Shown piece after piece: positions 34,314-47,122 of a stretch of DNA of 64,000 nucleotides. Under the pieces are notes generated by a model. The model saw only the letters and a program-made list of their open reading frames with translations. It made no database searches and was not told the DNA's origin. Position 1 is the stretch's first letter. The number at the start of each line of letters is the position of its first letter. Source of the stretch: Curvularia clavata (taxonomy: Eukaryota). The stretch covers positions 248,001-312,000 of the forward strand of contig CP089280.1 in NCBI GenBank assembly GCA_023920165.1, in the 5' to 3' direction. Position numbers and translations under genes: made by a program.

Positions 34314-34652
34314 ACTATGACATTTACGAATAACATGAGATAGATGACGCCTGTTTTTACTACAAATTAAACAACCGAGATTTTTTCTTTAGAAACATTT
34401 GTGCCGAAAACCTGACTCTAAGAGTCGACAAGTGCATAGTGAAGTGTGCTCAGAAAACGCCTTAAGCCGGGCGGTGCCGTGCACTGCCGAACCTCGGTCT
34501 GGTGTTGCAGCGTCATTCCTCCACATTCCGCCTGCGCGTCAAGTGCGGGCGGAACGGTTGCCGCCATGTGATAGCCACATATTGACTTGTGCGAGTTCCT
34601 TTTCTCCGCATTCTCGATCTTCTTTCCCATCCCGCCAGAAAACATCGTCACC

Positions 34653-36059
34653 ATGTCTTCGGCCGTCCTTCGCAATTCGATGAAAATGGCTTCACGGCCG
34701 CAACAGCGCCTTGCTAGCATCCAGAGACAGTTCAGCAGCTCTGCACCACAAAGGAAGGAGATTCGGGATGCGTACATCATAAGTGCTAGCCGGACACCGA
34801 CCGCGGTGGTGAGTAAGGATTGGCTCTGATCTGCTCATATGCTAACTACCTGTCAGTTTAATGGCAACTTCACAACCGTCTCCGCGCCACAGCTGGGTGC
34901 CACCGCCATCAAGTCTGCGCTCGAGAAGTCAAAGGTCCCTGTATCCTCGATAGATGCCGTGTACATGGGAAACGTGCTGGGAGGAGGTGTTGGACAAGCA
35001 CCCGCCCGACAAGCCGCCATATTCGCCGGTCTTCCTACCAACATTGAAGCCACCACTATCAACAAGGTCTGCGCGTCAGGTCTCAAAGCCGTCAGCATCG
35101 CCGCCTCGACCATTGAGCTCGGACAAGCGGAGGCCCAAGTTGCCGGAGGCATGGAAAACATGACAAGAGTACCATACTATCTGAGCCGAGCCAGCCAACA
35201 ACCAGCATTCGGACACCAGAAGTTGGAAGACGGTCTCATCTCCGACGGTCTATGGGACGTATACAACCAGATCCACATGGGTAACTGCGCCGAGAACACA
35301 GCCAAGAAGTACGAGGTCTCGAGACAGGACCAGGACGACTATGCTATCGAGACGTACAAGCGCGCGCAGCAGGCCTACAAGGACGGTCTCTTCAAGGACG
35401 AAATCGTTCCTGTTACCGTCAAGACACGAAAGGGTGAAACCATCGTCTCCGAAGACGAACAGTACAACAAGCTCAAGCTCGACAAGGTCCCAACGCTGAA
35501 GCCAGCCTTTGAAAAGGGTCCCAACGGCACCGTCACTGCAGCCAACAGCTCGCCCCTGAGCGACGGCGCCTCAGCCCTGGTGCTAGGCAGCAAGGAAATT
35601 GCACAGAAATACGGCAAGGACAGCCGTGTTCTGGCTAAGATTGTTACCTACGCTGACGCTGCTCTGGGTATGTTCCCATAATCCCAACCATCTCCACAAA
35701 CTCAGCTGACATGAACAACAGACCCCATCGACTTCCCCATTGCCCCCGCCTCCTGCGTTGAAAAACTCCTCGCCCAATCCTCCCTCTCCAAATCAGACAT
35801 CGCCATCTGGGAATTCAACGAAGCCTTTGCCGCCGTCATCAAGGCAAATGCGAAGATCCTAGGTCTCGACTCGCACAATGTCAACCCCAGAGGTGGTGCT
35901 ATTGCACTGGGTCATGCACTTGGTAGCTCAGGAAGCAGGATTCTGGTCACGCTCCTGCATCAGCTAAAGGTAGGACAGTATGGTGCGGCCGTTATATGTA
36001 ATGGTGGTGGTGCGGCGTCAGGTATGATTGTTAAGAGGGTGGGGCCTGAGGAGCTTTAG
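34653..36059 (+). CDS. Acetyl-CoA acetyltransferase (thiolase), mitochondrial-type presequence
   Basis: [27 protein letters not shown] and ICNGGG motifs; introns 34809-34856 and 35668-35721. Confidence 0.95.
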
Positions 36060-36511
36060 TTGTGAGACTTCAAAAAGGAAATGTCGGGACTGAGTAGATG
36101 GATGGTGAAATGGGATGAATAAAAAAGTAAAATGTTTCGGATAGTTATCGATGATGAATTCATCAGATTCATCGTACATGATTAGTATCAATCTTTTCCT
36201 ATATGCCATAGTTTGAGCATCCTAAGGCTTGCGGAATGATTATTTGCATCCATTACTCCGTAACATTAACTATGCCTAACTGAGGTTTTGTATCGTTTTG
36301 TGGTATATCATGACGCATTAAACCTTGACCAAGGCCCACACAGCGTGTATTTGAAGAAAAAGAAACTCCGGAACACCCCTACCCCTTTCGGCCAATAGGA
36401 AATATAAGTAGCGATAGAAAAAACCGTTCCATCTTGCAACGCCCGGTGAGAAAAAGAAAGATCGCTTTTCGCTTCTACTTCAGAACACTCACCCGAGTGT
36501 TCTCCTAAGAT

Positions 36512-39500
36512 CTAGTTCAAACCCAGGCTCAAGTCCATATCCATATCCATGTCCATAGCAAAATCCATCGTATCGTCCCACTGCGTTGCCAATACATTAT
36601 CGGCAGCAGCAGATGCGCTCACGCCAGCGTGGCTGTATTCGGCACTGCTGGTCGGGTTCTGTAGGTGCTCTGGAAGCTGGTCCCACGAGGGGAACTGCAT
36701 ATCGTCATCGCTACTTTGAGCAGCAGCACTGCACTGTTGATCGTTCAACGGCTCAAAGGAGCGGAGACCAACGGTTGAGCATTGGTATACGGGTTGTTGC
36801 TCGTCGGTGACGGATGTGAATGGCGACATGTGTACGTTCGTCTCGTTGAGCCAGTATCTCCTCTTTGGTGATCCGGGCTTTGTCATGGAAAAGCCTTTTT
36901 CACCGTGCTCACCGAAACATGGGCCTTTACCATTGGAGGGACAGGCCAGTTCGGAGATGGGCTCGTAGACACCCATTAGCGGATCATCGCTGGCTGCAGA
37001 TGTCACTGGAGCACACGAAAGCGGAGACGTAGGCGATCTGCTCAGTCCTGGTACGCTATAGGGCGTCTGTCGCCCAGACGAGAGCTTTCGTACATGTCCT
37101 TTGATGTGGTCCAGCGATCCTGAAAGCGAGCATTCGAAGGAGATTGCCCGCAACGGGTCGTTTTTAGGTAGATCTTCGCAAGTGAAGTTGTTGATGTTGA
37201 AGCTAGAATCCACTGCAGCTCCAGAATTGATGCCCAGATCCTCATAAACATCGTAGGGTGTGTCAATACCTTTGACTGGAGCTTTCGTGTCGATGCCGTG
37301 TGCTTTCTTGAAGAGATTGAGCCATTCGGGATTCTCAGCACAGGTCTGATTCCAAGGATCGTCGTCACCATATAAGATACGACGCGATTCGACTTGCAAC
37401 ATCTCATCAGTCACCGATCCAGCACCATGTTTCTCAATTTGTTGCCGAGCGAAGCGTCCAAGTTGCAGGGTAAGAATTTCCCAGCACGTTGCATTAGGGT
37501 TGGAATTAGGTGGCCCAGACGGTGAGAAGTCTTTGGGCGTAGTCAGGATGATTGGTCCGACCTTAGAAGGATCCTTCCCATCTTGATATGCGATAGAAAG
37601 ATCATGGTTGTTTGGTAGGAGGTATTCAAGATCTCGGCTCTCGAGTGATAGGTTCAGTTGCTGTTGAACAGTCAGTCAGAAAACCGTACCAAGCTACTGC
37701 GCTTCCTGACCTCGGAATGCCCCCGTGTATTCAATTTAGTGGTACGTACCTGTAGACTCGAGGAGTTGGTTGCAGAAAATGGGAAAGGCGACTTGCTCTC
37801 ATTCGCAATGAGATACGGTGGCATGGCGTTCGTCACATGGATCGCTACATGAGGATCCAGACCGCGACAGCCCTTCCAATTCTTCATGTTGGCTCCGTTA
37901 CGGAACTCCTTTGCAAGATGGTCGACGCGATCTTGCCACTTATCAAAGTTCATGCCGCAAAATCCGCAGCGTGATTTGATGTATTGTGCCTCAGACTTCC
38001 AGTTGTCCATGCTTGCAATCATCTTGCATCCGTGCATCAGTCGCAAGTGTTGCCGGAGGTGATCTTTCCTGTAAAACGTGCGGGACTCCGGACCTTTCTC
38101 ATAACAAGCGGTATGATTGTGTGTCGCCAGATGTTCCTTGCTGGGATCCAACTCGTCGCAATACACGCATCTGGGTTTTCCGGTGGCCTTGTCGGCAACG
38201 ATCTCTCCAAGAGGTGCGCATAGCCACTTCTCGAGAGACAGATGAAGGCTCTTCTCGTGGCGAGACCTTTAGTAAGTCAGCAACATGACATCAGTCAGGT
38301 GATACGTTTGTGCTTTGGGATGTCCATTTAGTTTTGCGTTGTTGTACATGCTAAAATCCCAGACAGCATCAGTGCGAAGACATGTCACTTACCAGTCATA
38401 CTTGGACTTGAAAGTATCAGTGCAGAATGTGCACTGGAAGATTCTTTGCCCCTCGTCTGGACTAGGTTTTGATACTCGAGCAGGAATTCGTCGGCGCCTG
38501 CGCCTTTCCTTGGCCTTTAGGCTGTTCAGAGAACCAAGAGAATGGCGAGAGCCGTGCGAATAGGCAGAATCCCGGGATCCCAACGAGTTGGAGGACATTT
38601 TGGTAAGTCCAGTCTCTAGGGAAGAGATGGAAGGAGCCTTAAACACCGAAAAGCTGCCGGTACTGTCGTTGGAAACATCTTTGCGGTAGCTGCTGCTCTG
38701 GCTGTTGGCTTCGGGCGGATCAAAAGTCTTGACGGCGTGGGCGATGGCATTCAAAGGTGCAGGTTCGTTTTCTGGAGGAGAGTGTTTCCATCGTTCGAAC
38801 GGACCTGTCGAGAGTTAACCGAAACATTCCTGCTGCTGTGATACTGGCATCCCAGAGATGCTAGTATCTGAGTTTAGGCACTCCTCGTCTGAACGCCTTC
38901 CACCTACACGGAAGACGGTAAATCTCCCGGTAGCTTTGGGCGCCAAAGTCTTGTGCGATCGACTAAACTCAGAGTCAATAGACGTACCCATGTTTTCCCA
39001 GGTTTTACCCGCGGGAATATCGATAACCTTTGTTGATGGCCGCAGACTCGGCGATGCAGATCGTTTGGGTCGTGCCTTCTGTCTTCGTCGGGTGTTGGCC
39101 ATCCAGTTGGAGATCTGGCCAATCGATAGACCGGTCTGCTCTTTCAACATCTCTTTGTCTTCGTCCGTTGGATAGGGGTGATCGATATGGGCCAACATCC
39201 AATCCTTCAGGATCTTGACAGCGGCCCGTGGGAAACGAGCAGCAGCAGCAGCAGTAGTCTTTCTGGTGCTTGGGTCTCCATGGAGCTCATCTGTTATAGG
39301 TCCAACATGACCTAGCGATCGCATCTGTTTCTTTCCAGTGAGCCCTCCGAAGCATCGTGTATCGTTTTCGGAAACGATATCTAATATGTCAAGCGCTGTC
39401 CTTTGCGTCATTGCGGGCATCATTTCAGGATTGACGAAGCTGCAAGGCCGGAAGAGGGCGTTGCATGGTGAGCATCCTAGCTGTTTGGTACCATCGACAT

Positions 39501-39909
39501 TGTAAATGACGCACTCAAGGGACATCGATCTACAATAATCACATGGTTGAGCAGACTTTTGATATGTTGGCAGCCAAGTACTAAAGTCTGTGTTGAAGTC
39601 GATGTCGGTAGTTTGGGCAGATTGCCCAAGCGCTCTAGAGTCTTCCTCTCCGAACGGGTGACTGATCTATATTAGAACCAAACAGACACATTTGAGGGCT
39701 AGTGGTGTCCTTGTGCACGTTGATCCCGGGGCATGTAGGTACCGAATTGGGATGGATGGTTGGGGAATGGTGGCCAGGGCACATACGCACCTTTCGTCCA
39801 ATGTCGGTTCCACTATGTTGAGGTCGGTTCCTTGCGATACGCCGGGCAAGCTCATGTCTCCGAAATCGACAAAGTCTGCCATATCGAAGGCTGCCTCGTT
39901 GGTGGCCAT
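36512..39909 (-). CDS. Transcription factor with Cys6 motif, TALE-type homeodomain and C2H2 zinc fingers
   Basis: Homeodomain ...HIDHPYPTDEDKEML...QISNWMANTRRR; C2H2 fingers FQCTFCTDTFKSKYDWSRHEKSLH, RKDHLRQHLRLMH and CGFCGMNF...HLAKEF. Five exons inferred (introns ~39786-39667, 38987-38805, 38392-38267, 37749-37661). Confidence 0.88.
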
Positions 39910-41751
39910 GACCGCGGGCCGGGATTTTTGCAGTCACACAGTGGATCGTAGTGGCTGCTGTCCAATAGCCAGCGATGGATGGAAGGACAAGTTCACGCCC
40001 TCCGAAGGAAATTGGCAATAAGGCGTGAGATGTCGTCGTGGGACGAAAGATGCTATGTAAGTAGGACCATGGCTTGGACTCATACTGCAGCCATGCCGAA
40101 GACGGGGACTACGCTTTCTACATGCGCTAAACCTAACTGGGGCGGATGTCGAGTTCGAAGGGCGCAGTCTGTGCGGCGTGCAGGATTAGCAGCCAGTGTC
40201 GGACTGGACGCCGTATAGAGAACACCTTGATACTGCTGACTCATGACGGCGGCCAGAGAGTAATAACTTTACATAACTGCCCCAGTCGCAGCTTGTTAAT
40301 TTGTGGTTGCTGCCACTGTGGTCACAATGTCATCAGTGTCTTGGACCTCCTCGGAGACTTGCTTCTCACACTCGCACGTTGGACACCCTGAACGCCCGAA
40401 GAAGTCGGACCATCAAAATTTACAGCAGGCTGGCGAACACTAATGAGCACCGTGAACGAACCCCACTTTCGGCTCTGGGACGCCGTGACGTCTGACCAGA
40501 CCAAGTTCGCTGCGCCAGAGATGGTCCACAATTGGAGGATACGAATCTAGAAGACCACAGACTGCTGGGGAGAAGCCAGATTTGCAGCGGGGAAAACTGC
40601 CGGATAGGCGCAAAGGATGTGACCAAGCGCATCTGCCAGTAATAGCCGTAGTATAAAAGTGCAGACAGGGCCGCCTGCACGCTGTACGTCGAACGGTCAG
40701 TTGCGTACGATAAGAGGCCGTCAACCGGAGGCCTCGGCTTCTGATTTGCGAGGAATGCGAGTGTCGTACGAAAAGCTCACAGTCTTTGGGACGGAACAAA
40801 GAGCGGTGTCGGTCCGTGACCATTAGTCACGTGCCAAAGACGTCACGCTCCTCTTCCGCCGACCAAATCGTCTTACCTCATCAAGCCAACACACGACAAG
40901 ACGGCCAGAAATGAGGCTTGCTACAAAGGCATTTGACCACGACCAACACAGAATGCATCATGCAGCTTTGGGGAAAGCTGTACAGTCACATGTCGCTCGA
41001 ATCGGTCGGCCGGCACCGTCGCAAGGCTAGAGAGCAGTGTTATTGACGGCACGTGTGCACAGATTGGCTGCTTCAACAACAAGGTATGCGCTTGCAGTCC
41101 AGGTTGGGCTGCTTGTCTCGAAACATACTTACCAGCAGACGACCGAGTCTTTGTGTAAACCAAAGAAGCCCGGACCCCCATCGGCTTCGTCGGACCATCA
41201 TCCTGGTAGTAGTGGGGTCGGTGAGATTGGCATCCAAGGCGGGGTAAGTAGATGAGGCATATCAACAACTACAAGACGACACCCTCCCGTCGGACATGGC
41301 TGTCCATGACTGCTAGACGGTGAAGCTCAACATAAACTTGTCCGTAGTCTCCGATCGATGTTATGCACAATTACTCCTAGTAGAAGCAATTAGTCTTGGC
41401 AAAGCACCGGAGCTACTGGTTAAGCCGATCCTAGCAACTCTGCCAACTCATAACGCATCCCAAGTCTGCCCAATCCATCAATCACTCCATAAGCCGCACC
41501 AAACTAGCCAGATCACGCCCCTCGCATCCACAGGGCTCGTCATGTAACATGTCACTTGTCAGTCGTCACCGCCTGTGCCTGACTACCCTAGCGCGAGCAT
41601 CCACCTTCAGTCGGGGTTAAAACCGACCTCACTCCAGACTTTCAGACCAAACACTCCTTCGATACCCCATCGACAAGCACCAAATCTACCCCGGAACTGT
41701 GTACGGCCCACTCTGGACCGACAATGATCAACACTGGCTCACCAACTCGCC

Positions 41752-42479
41752 ATGTATGAAATGGATGCAGCTCCCAACTGTGCCATCTGCAATGCGCCCC
41801 CCTACCCCGAATGCTCCTGCGAGTCGGAGCGGCTGCAGCTTGCTGTCAAGCAGGCAGAGCAACGTGCGATGGATGACAGGCTGGCTGAGATACGGTATGA
41901 TGAACCCGTTGGCTTTGGAACAAAACAACAAGATGTGTTGACTTGGGCGGTAGAGACTGGGTCATCACCCATGCGCGTCAGCATATACAGAACGCCTTTG
42001 GGCGGTTGACATCAACTCGCAAGCAAGCACATACGGCATACCTCGCCTCACTCCCACACTACGAAATCTATATGCGATACTCTGGTCACCCCCCAATCCA
42101 CCCCATGTACGTCGCAACGCTTCAGACACAGATCGCAGAAGCGCACGCAGAGCTCAAGCGCGGAATCGACGCCGACTGGCGAGCATCGGTTCTTCGTTAC
42201 CCGGAAGTCTTGGATTACTTCTACAGCCTTGTTGACCTCAGGCTGCCGGATGACCATTCTCGAGAGGTTATCGAGCCACCTTTTGCCGCTGCAGGTTATA
42301 CTGACATCGGATATGGGGTCAAAGAAAAGAAGAAGAAGAAACGACGAGACAGAGAAGGTTCAGTACAGCATGGACACATGGCAGTCAGCAGAGTGATGCA
42401 CGGACCGCCTCCGGTACCGATACCACCCCCAGTCCAGCACGTAGGATTTCCTCGGCCACATGGCCCGTATGCGTATTAA
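41752..42479 (+). CDS. Hypothetical protein with N-terminal Cys motif (CAIC...CSCE)
   Basis: Two ORF-track segments are joined in frame by intron 41895-41953 (GTATGA...TTGAC...TAG). Confidence 0.75.
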
Positions 42480-43124
42480 AGCGGCAAGACATTTGTTCAA
42501 CGCGACCCGATCGCGCATTCCGTCATCGCATAACGATACTTCTAACATTTTGCGGTCATTGAGAGCATACAACAGAAACGTCGTGGGTCGACAGGAGCTT
42601 CACTTCGCTGGAAAAAGGCGACAAGGAACCCATATATGACTCCAGGGTTGTATCGCTTCTTGTGACTCGTAACTTTTGTCCTGTCACGCTTCGGTGCTTA
42701 CAAGAAGCAGAGCATAGCGAGGAGTACTTTTTTTTTGGGTTTCCTATTGTTGAACCGTGGTCATCAAGACACACTTTTCAAACCCTGAGGCTGAAATCAG
42801 GCGAACATTTCTTAAATTGTTGATACATTAACTCAAATTTGAGCTTTCTCTCGTACATGCGCCGTTAGTCGTTCGTAAATATGTGGTGATGCGTAACTGC
42901 CCCAAGCTCTCTGTCTAGTCCGTGCGTCATGAACCAGAAAGTCACGGGCTTGACTGTCGAAAACCGCGCGCAATAACACCGTTATACTCCTTTCGCCCAG
43001 ATTTACGACGACACGTACGCGACATACAGAGTCGATCAATTGCTAATAACAGTAAACTGTGAACATCCCAACTCGCTCCACTACTATTATAACGAACGAA
43101 CGCGTCTCGCTCCCATTGCCCATC

Positions 43125-43818
43125 ATGAGCGGCAAAGCAGGCGCATACGGGACGACGGGAGGCGGCGACACGGATTTCAGGAAAACATGGGACCGCGAAG
43201 AGATGGCCAAAAAGGCCAAGGAAAGAGAGGCAAAAGAGCGCGAAGAGGGCAAAGAGCGATATGAGGCAAAGCTGGCTGGCAAGACATACAGACGGAGGGC
43301 ATCGACGCCCGAGGATCTGAAGCAAACAGAGGCGAGAGCAGAGCGGATAGATTGGAGCAAGATGATCGGAAAGCAAACTCTTACCTCAGCTGCTGCCGCA
43401 GTTGGGAAGAGAGGGCGTGGCGCCGGCGCATACTGTGCTGCTTGCGACCTGACGTTCAAGTGCGTCCGTTTCTTGAAATGCTTGCTTACTCTTGCTAACA
43501 GCTCACAGGGACAATATTCAGTATGTCGAGCATCTCAACAGCAAGCAGCATTTGGTTGCGACCGGCCAATCTGGCGAAGTCCGCCGCGCAACGCTCGAGG
43601 AAGTGCGAGACCGCCTACGATATCTCAAACGGAAACGAGACGAAGAAAAGGTTCTAGAAGTCACAGACTTGGACACAAGGCTGGCCATGAATAAGGAACA
43701 GATGGAAAAGGAGGCCGAGGAGAAGAGGCGGTTGCGCAATGAGAAGCGCAGGGCGAAAAAGAAGACAGACAGCAATGCCATGGAATGGAAGGTCGAAGGA
43801 GACGGTGTTATCCGTTGA
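43125..43818 (+). CDS. SNU23: U4/U6.U5 tri-snRNP zinc-finger protein (Snu23/ZMAT2)
   Basis: DTDFRKTWDREE and U1-type finger YCAACDLTFKDNIQYVEHLNSKQH, followed by a coiled coil; intron 43460-43508. Confidence 0.9.
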
Positions 43819-44402
43819 ACTGGCCCATGAAGACGAAAAGACCGTACGCTGCAGACGAAGGGTCACACTGAGCCATGGATTCGAACAACCCTTGTTGGAC
43901 AGACGGAGGCACATCCCACCCAATACTTCGCGGTGATACCTCTCAGCCCACTTTGAAACAACAAATGTTTCCTTGCGCACCGAAAAACGACGCGCCTCCG
44001 TCCACTGGGGACAACATGTATTGCGACCAAAGTCCACCTACACCTACGGCCGATGCATTTGTGAAGATCTTGCATACAAGTCTGGTGTTGCACGAGCATA
44101 ACATATGAGATATGTAGTGGTATCTTTGCCAGGCTGGCAGGGCAAAAACGTGGACATTCGTTCAAGAGGGTAACGCCCGACACATGGCCCCGCACCCCGC
44201 AGACAGATTGGATACGGATTTCTAAGCTTAACACCGAGCAGGACGAACTTCGGCGCAATATATCAATCACCATAGCTATTTAATGAATGACATATCCTGA
44301 TCAAAATAAAGCCTTCGGATACGCTTAAATTGATTTGAGCACATCACCATCTTCCTTCAATTCTTGCCACAGCATTCATATTGTCCTAATAGCTCAATCA
44401 CA

Positions 44403-45233
44403 ATGGCCCAAGTTAACGGCAACGCCCCTAAGATTACCCTTTACACGAACCATGGCTGCCCCTGGGCCCATCGAGCTCATATCGTTTTGAAGGAACTAGG
44501 GTTGCCATACGAAGAGGTTATCATCGATCTAGACAAGCCACGGGAACCCTGGTATCTTGAAATCAATCCCGTGAGTCTATGTTCGAGCTCTACGCAGTAG
44601 TGCATTGTTAACTCTCTATAGCGAGGCCTTGTTCCCGCCATCAACTTCAATGGTGAGATCATCACGGAGTCAGGCATCGTTGCAACGTTCCTGGCTGATG
44701 CCTACCCCTCACACGTCTTCCCTGCATCAGGATCTCCGGAAGCTGCTTTGGCCCGTGCTAGAATCAACTTTTTCACCGACACCTGGGGCAACAAGGCTGG
44801 TAGCTATTGGTACAAGATCTTAATGCAAGATTCAGAAGAAGAAAAGGAGAAGCTAATCCAGGAGTTCTTGGAGGTTGTGAAGAAAGAGATTGATCCTCTA
44901 CTCAAGGATGCAAAGCCATTCTTCGGCGGGAGCGAGAAAGTTACCCTTGCCGAGGTATGATCGCTACGTAGTCAAGACATTAGAGCACTACTGACAGCCT
45001 GGCAGGCCCTAACGGCACCTTTCATTCTCCGGATATATGCCATGGGCAAGCACGGCGTTTTTCCAAAGTCCCTGACATCTGGCCTGGACGCATTGCCGAA
45101 CTTTTCCAAGTGGGCTGCTGAAGTGATCAAACAGGAGAGCGTGACCTATATCTGGGACGAAGAGCGCATCATCTCCAGAACCGTTGAAAAGATCAACAGT
45201 ATGAAAGAGAAGGCAAAAGCAGGGTCAAAGTGA
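44403..45233 (+). CDS. Glutathione S-transferase (omega/Cys-type)
   Basis: LYTNHGCPWAHR, INPRGLVP, ITESGIV and PFFGGSEKVTLAE motifs; introns 44571-44621 and 44955-45005. Confidence 0.9.
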
Positions 45234-45658
45234 GCTCGTGCAACGTGCTACTTGTGGGCAACGAGATGACAATACCAAGGTTGTAATTTGAAAATGAATA
45301 GAGGCCGAATGCAACGATCTATCTGGCTATCTACATTTTTGGATACAGTGACCATCTGGCCTTTTCACAGTGAATTCTCAGAGAGCTCGGTTTCATACGA
45401 TGTACTTCTTTCCCGCTGAATCTTACACAAAAGCAAACACAAACATAAAGACGTAACATGTAGCCATACTCAGGCGCCAGCATTGCGCATCTTCCACCGT
45501 AAGAAAAGCAAGTTGAATTGGATGCAATTGCCCCATGAACATAGCCATAATGAACGCTTAAGTACCTACCAGATGTCATGAGCTGACGAAAAGGGAAGGC
45601 ACCATTGGCTTTGTACTAGCCACCAATGTCCTGGTGATGGGAAGGTGGGATATCTCCA

Positions 45659-47122
45659 CTATCTTGAACACCAAGAATCACGACGTGTCCGCTTCGAAGG
45701 CGGCATTGCATTGCCCGCTGTGCGTAGTGACAACAACATCTCCGCCACATCCATGTCCACATGACCGTGGTATTCGTCACCACCAGAAAACTCGGACCCG
45801 TGCGCACTGTCGACCGTGGCGGCTGTCGGAGGGCGAGCGACAGCTTCATCGATGGGATGCTCGTAGTAGGCCACCTTGGAATGATTACGCTTCGTTCGGA
45901 AGCTCTCGCCAGAACACTCATACGGAGCCGACGTCGGCGTGAGCATCGCTGGGGGTGCCCGCCCAATGACAGGTGAACTCACAAAAAGAGGTTCCGCGAT
46001 GCGTGGTGACTGTGGCCGATTGATGGGCGTGAACCGAGTGCGTGGAGATACTTCGGGAGAAAACAGATACCTGTCGCTCCGCTCTGTATCGGTTCCGTAT
46101 CCGCTCTCTGTATCTACCGGCTGTGCGCGCCGTTGTCTTACGATCCCGACACTGAAGGGTGGGTGTTCAAAGCGCGACGTTGGCGGTTCCACCGCTGCTG
46201 GAGTGACCGATCTGTCGACCTTATACGCTGGTCCAAGTTCTCGAAACCTTGTAGTCTCCTGTGTACAGAACTGCACGATGGCTGGGTCAATCACAAACTT
46301 CGCAAAAGCGGGATCATCTGGTGGCAAACAGATCAGTGGAAAGTCGTTGCCAAAGACAGGCGTGAGTGCCCATCGGATACTGTAACAAAAGGTGGCAGCT
46401 ACGGCTCTGGCAGCCTGGTACGGCATCCAATACCCTATTAACCGTCAGAAGACTCATCGGATAGGCTCGAAGTAACTTGACTGACCTTGGCACACCAGAG
46501 CGCCCCCAGTGATACTGTAGCTAATATCTTTCAGCCCCGGATTCTCTCTCAGCGCTTTCGCAGGTATCGTCTGTGACAGTCAGTACACCATTCGGTGGAC
46601 GCAGGCCGGAGAGCCTACCTTTGAGTACTTCAGTGATTTGAAGAAAGGCGTCATACGGACGAGACCGACGTTGTAGTCCCAGACTACGACGTATTCCTTG
46701 TCTTCGCCAGGTTGTTTGTATGTATACTGGAACACTGTACAAAGTTAGTTTCCGTTGCCATCTCCCTACCAGGTCAACTTACTCTCGAATGCGTCACGTC
46801 CAGTCTTTTCAAGAAAGTCCTTCTTATCACTGTTGTATGGAATGTGTCGAACTCCCTTCTTGGCAATCTCACCCAACGGATAGACCCGAAATCTGCGATG
46901 CTGTGCAAGGAGCTCTTTGTCATTTCCTGCTTCATGCGGTAGGAAGTTGACTACTCCAACGGTCTTGGTACCCTCAGAGAATATGGGAGCGTCTTTAGGT
47001 ATTTTTTGTCGCTTGGGAGCTGGAGCCGGGGCTACCGGGTGCGAAGATGGTGGTGGGGATTCTGAGCTACGGTCGTCATGACGGTCACCACAGAAAGGGT
47101 TGAGCAGGTATTGTATCTTCAT
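45659..47122 (-). CDS. APSES/KilA-N transcription factor, Xbp1-like
   Basis: [66 protein letters not shown]; three introns between ~46435 and 46782. Confidence 0.88.
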
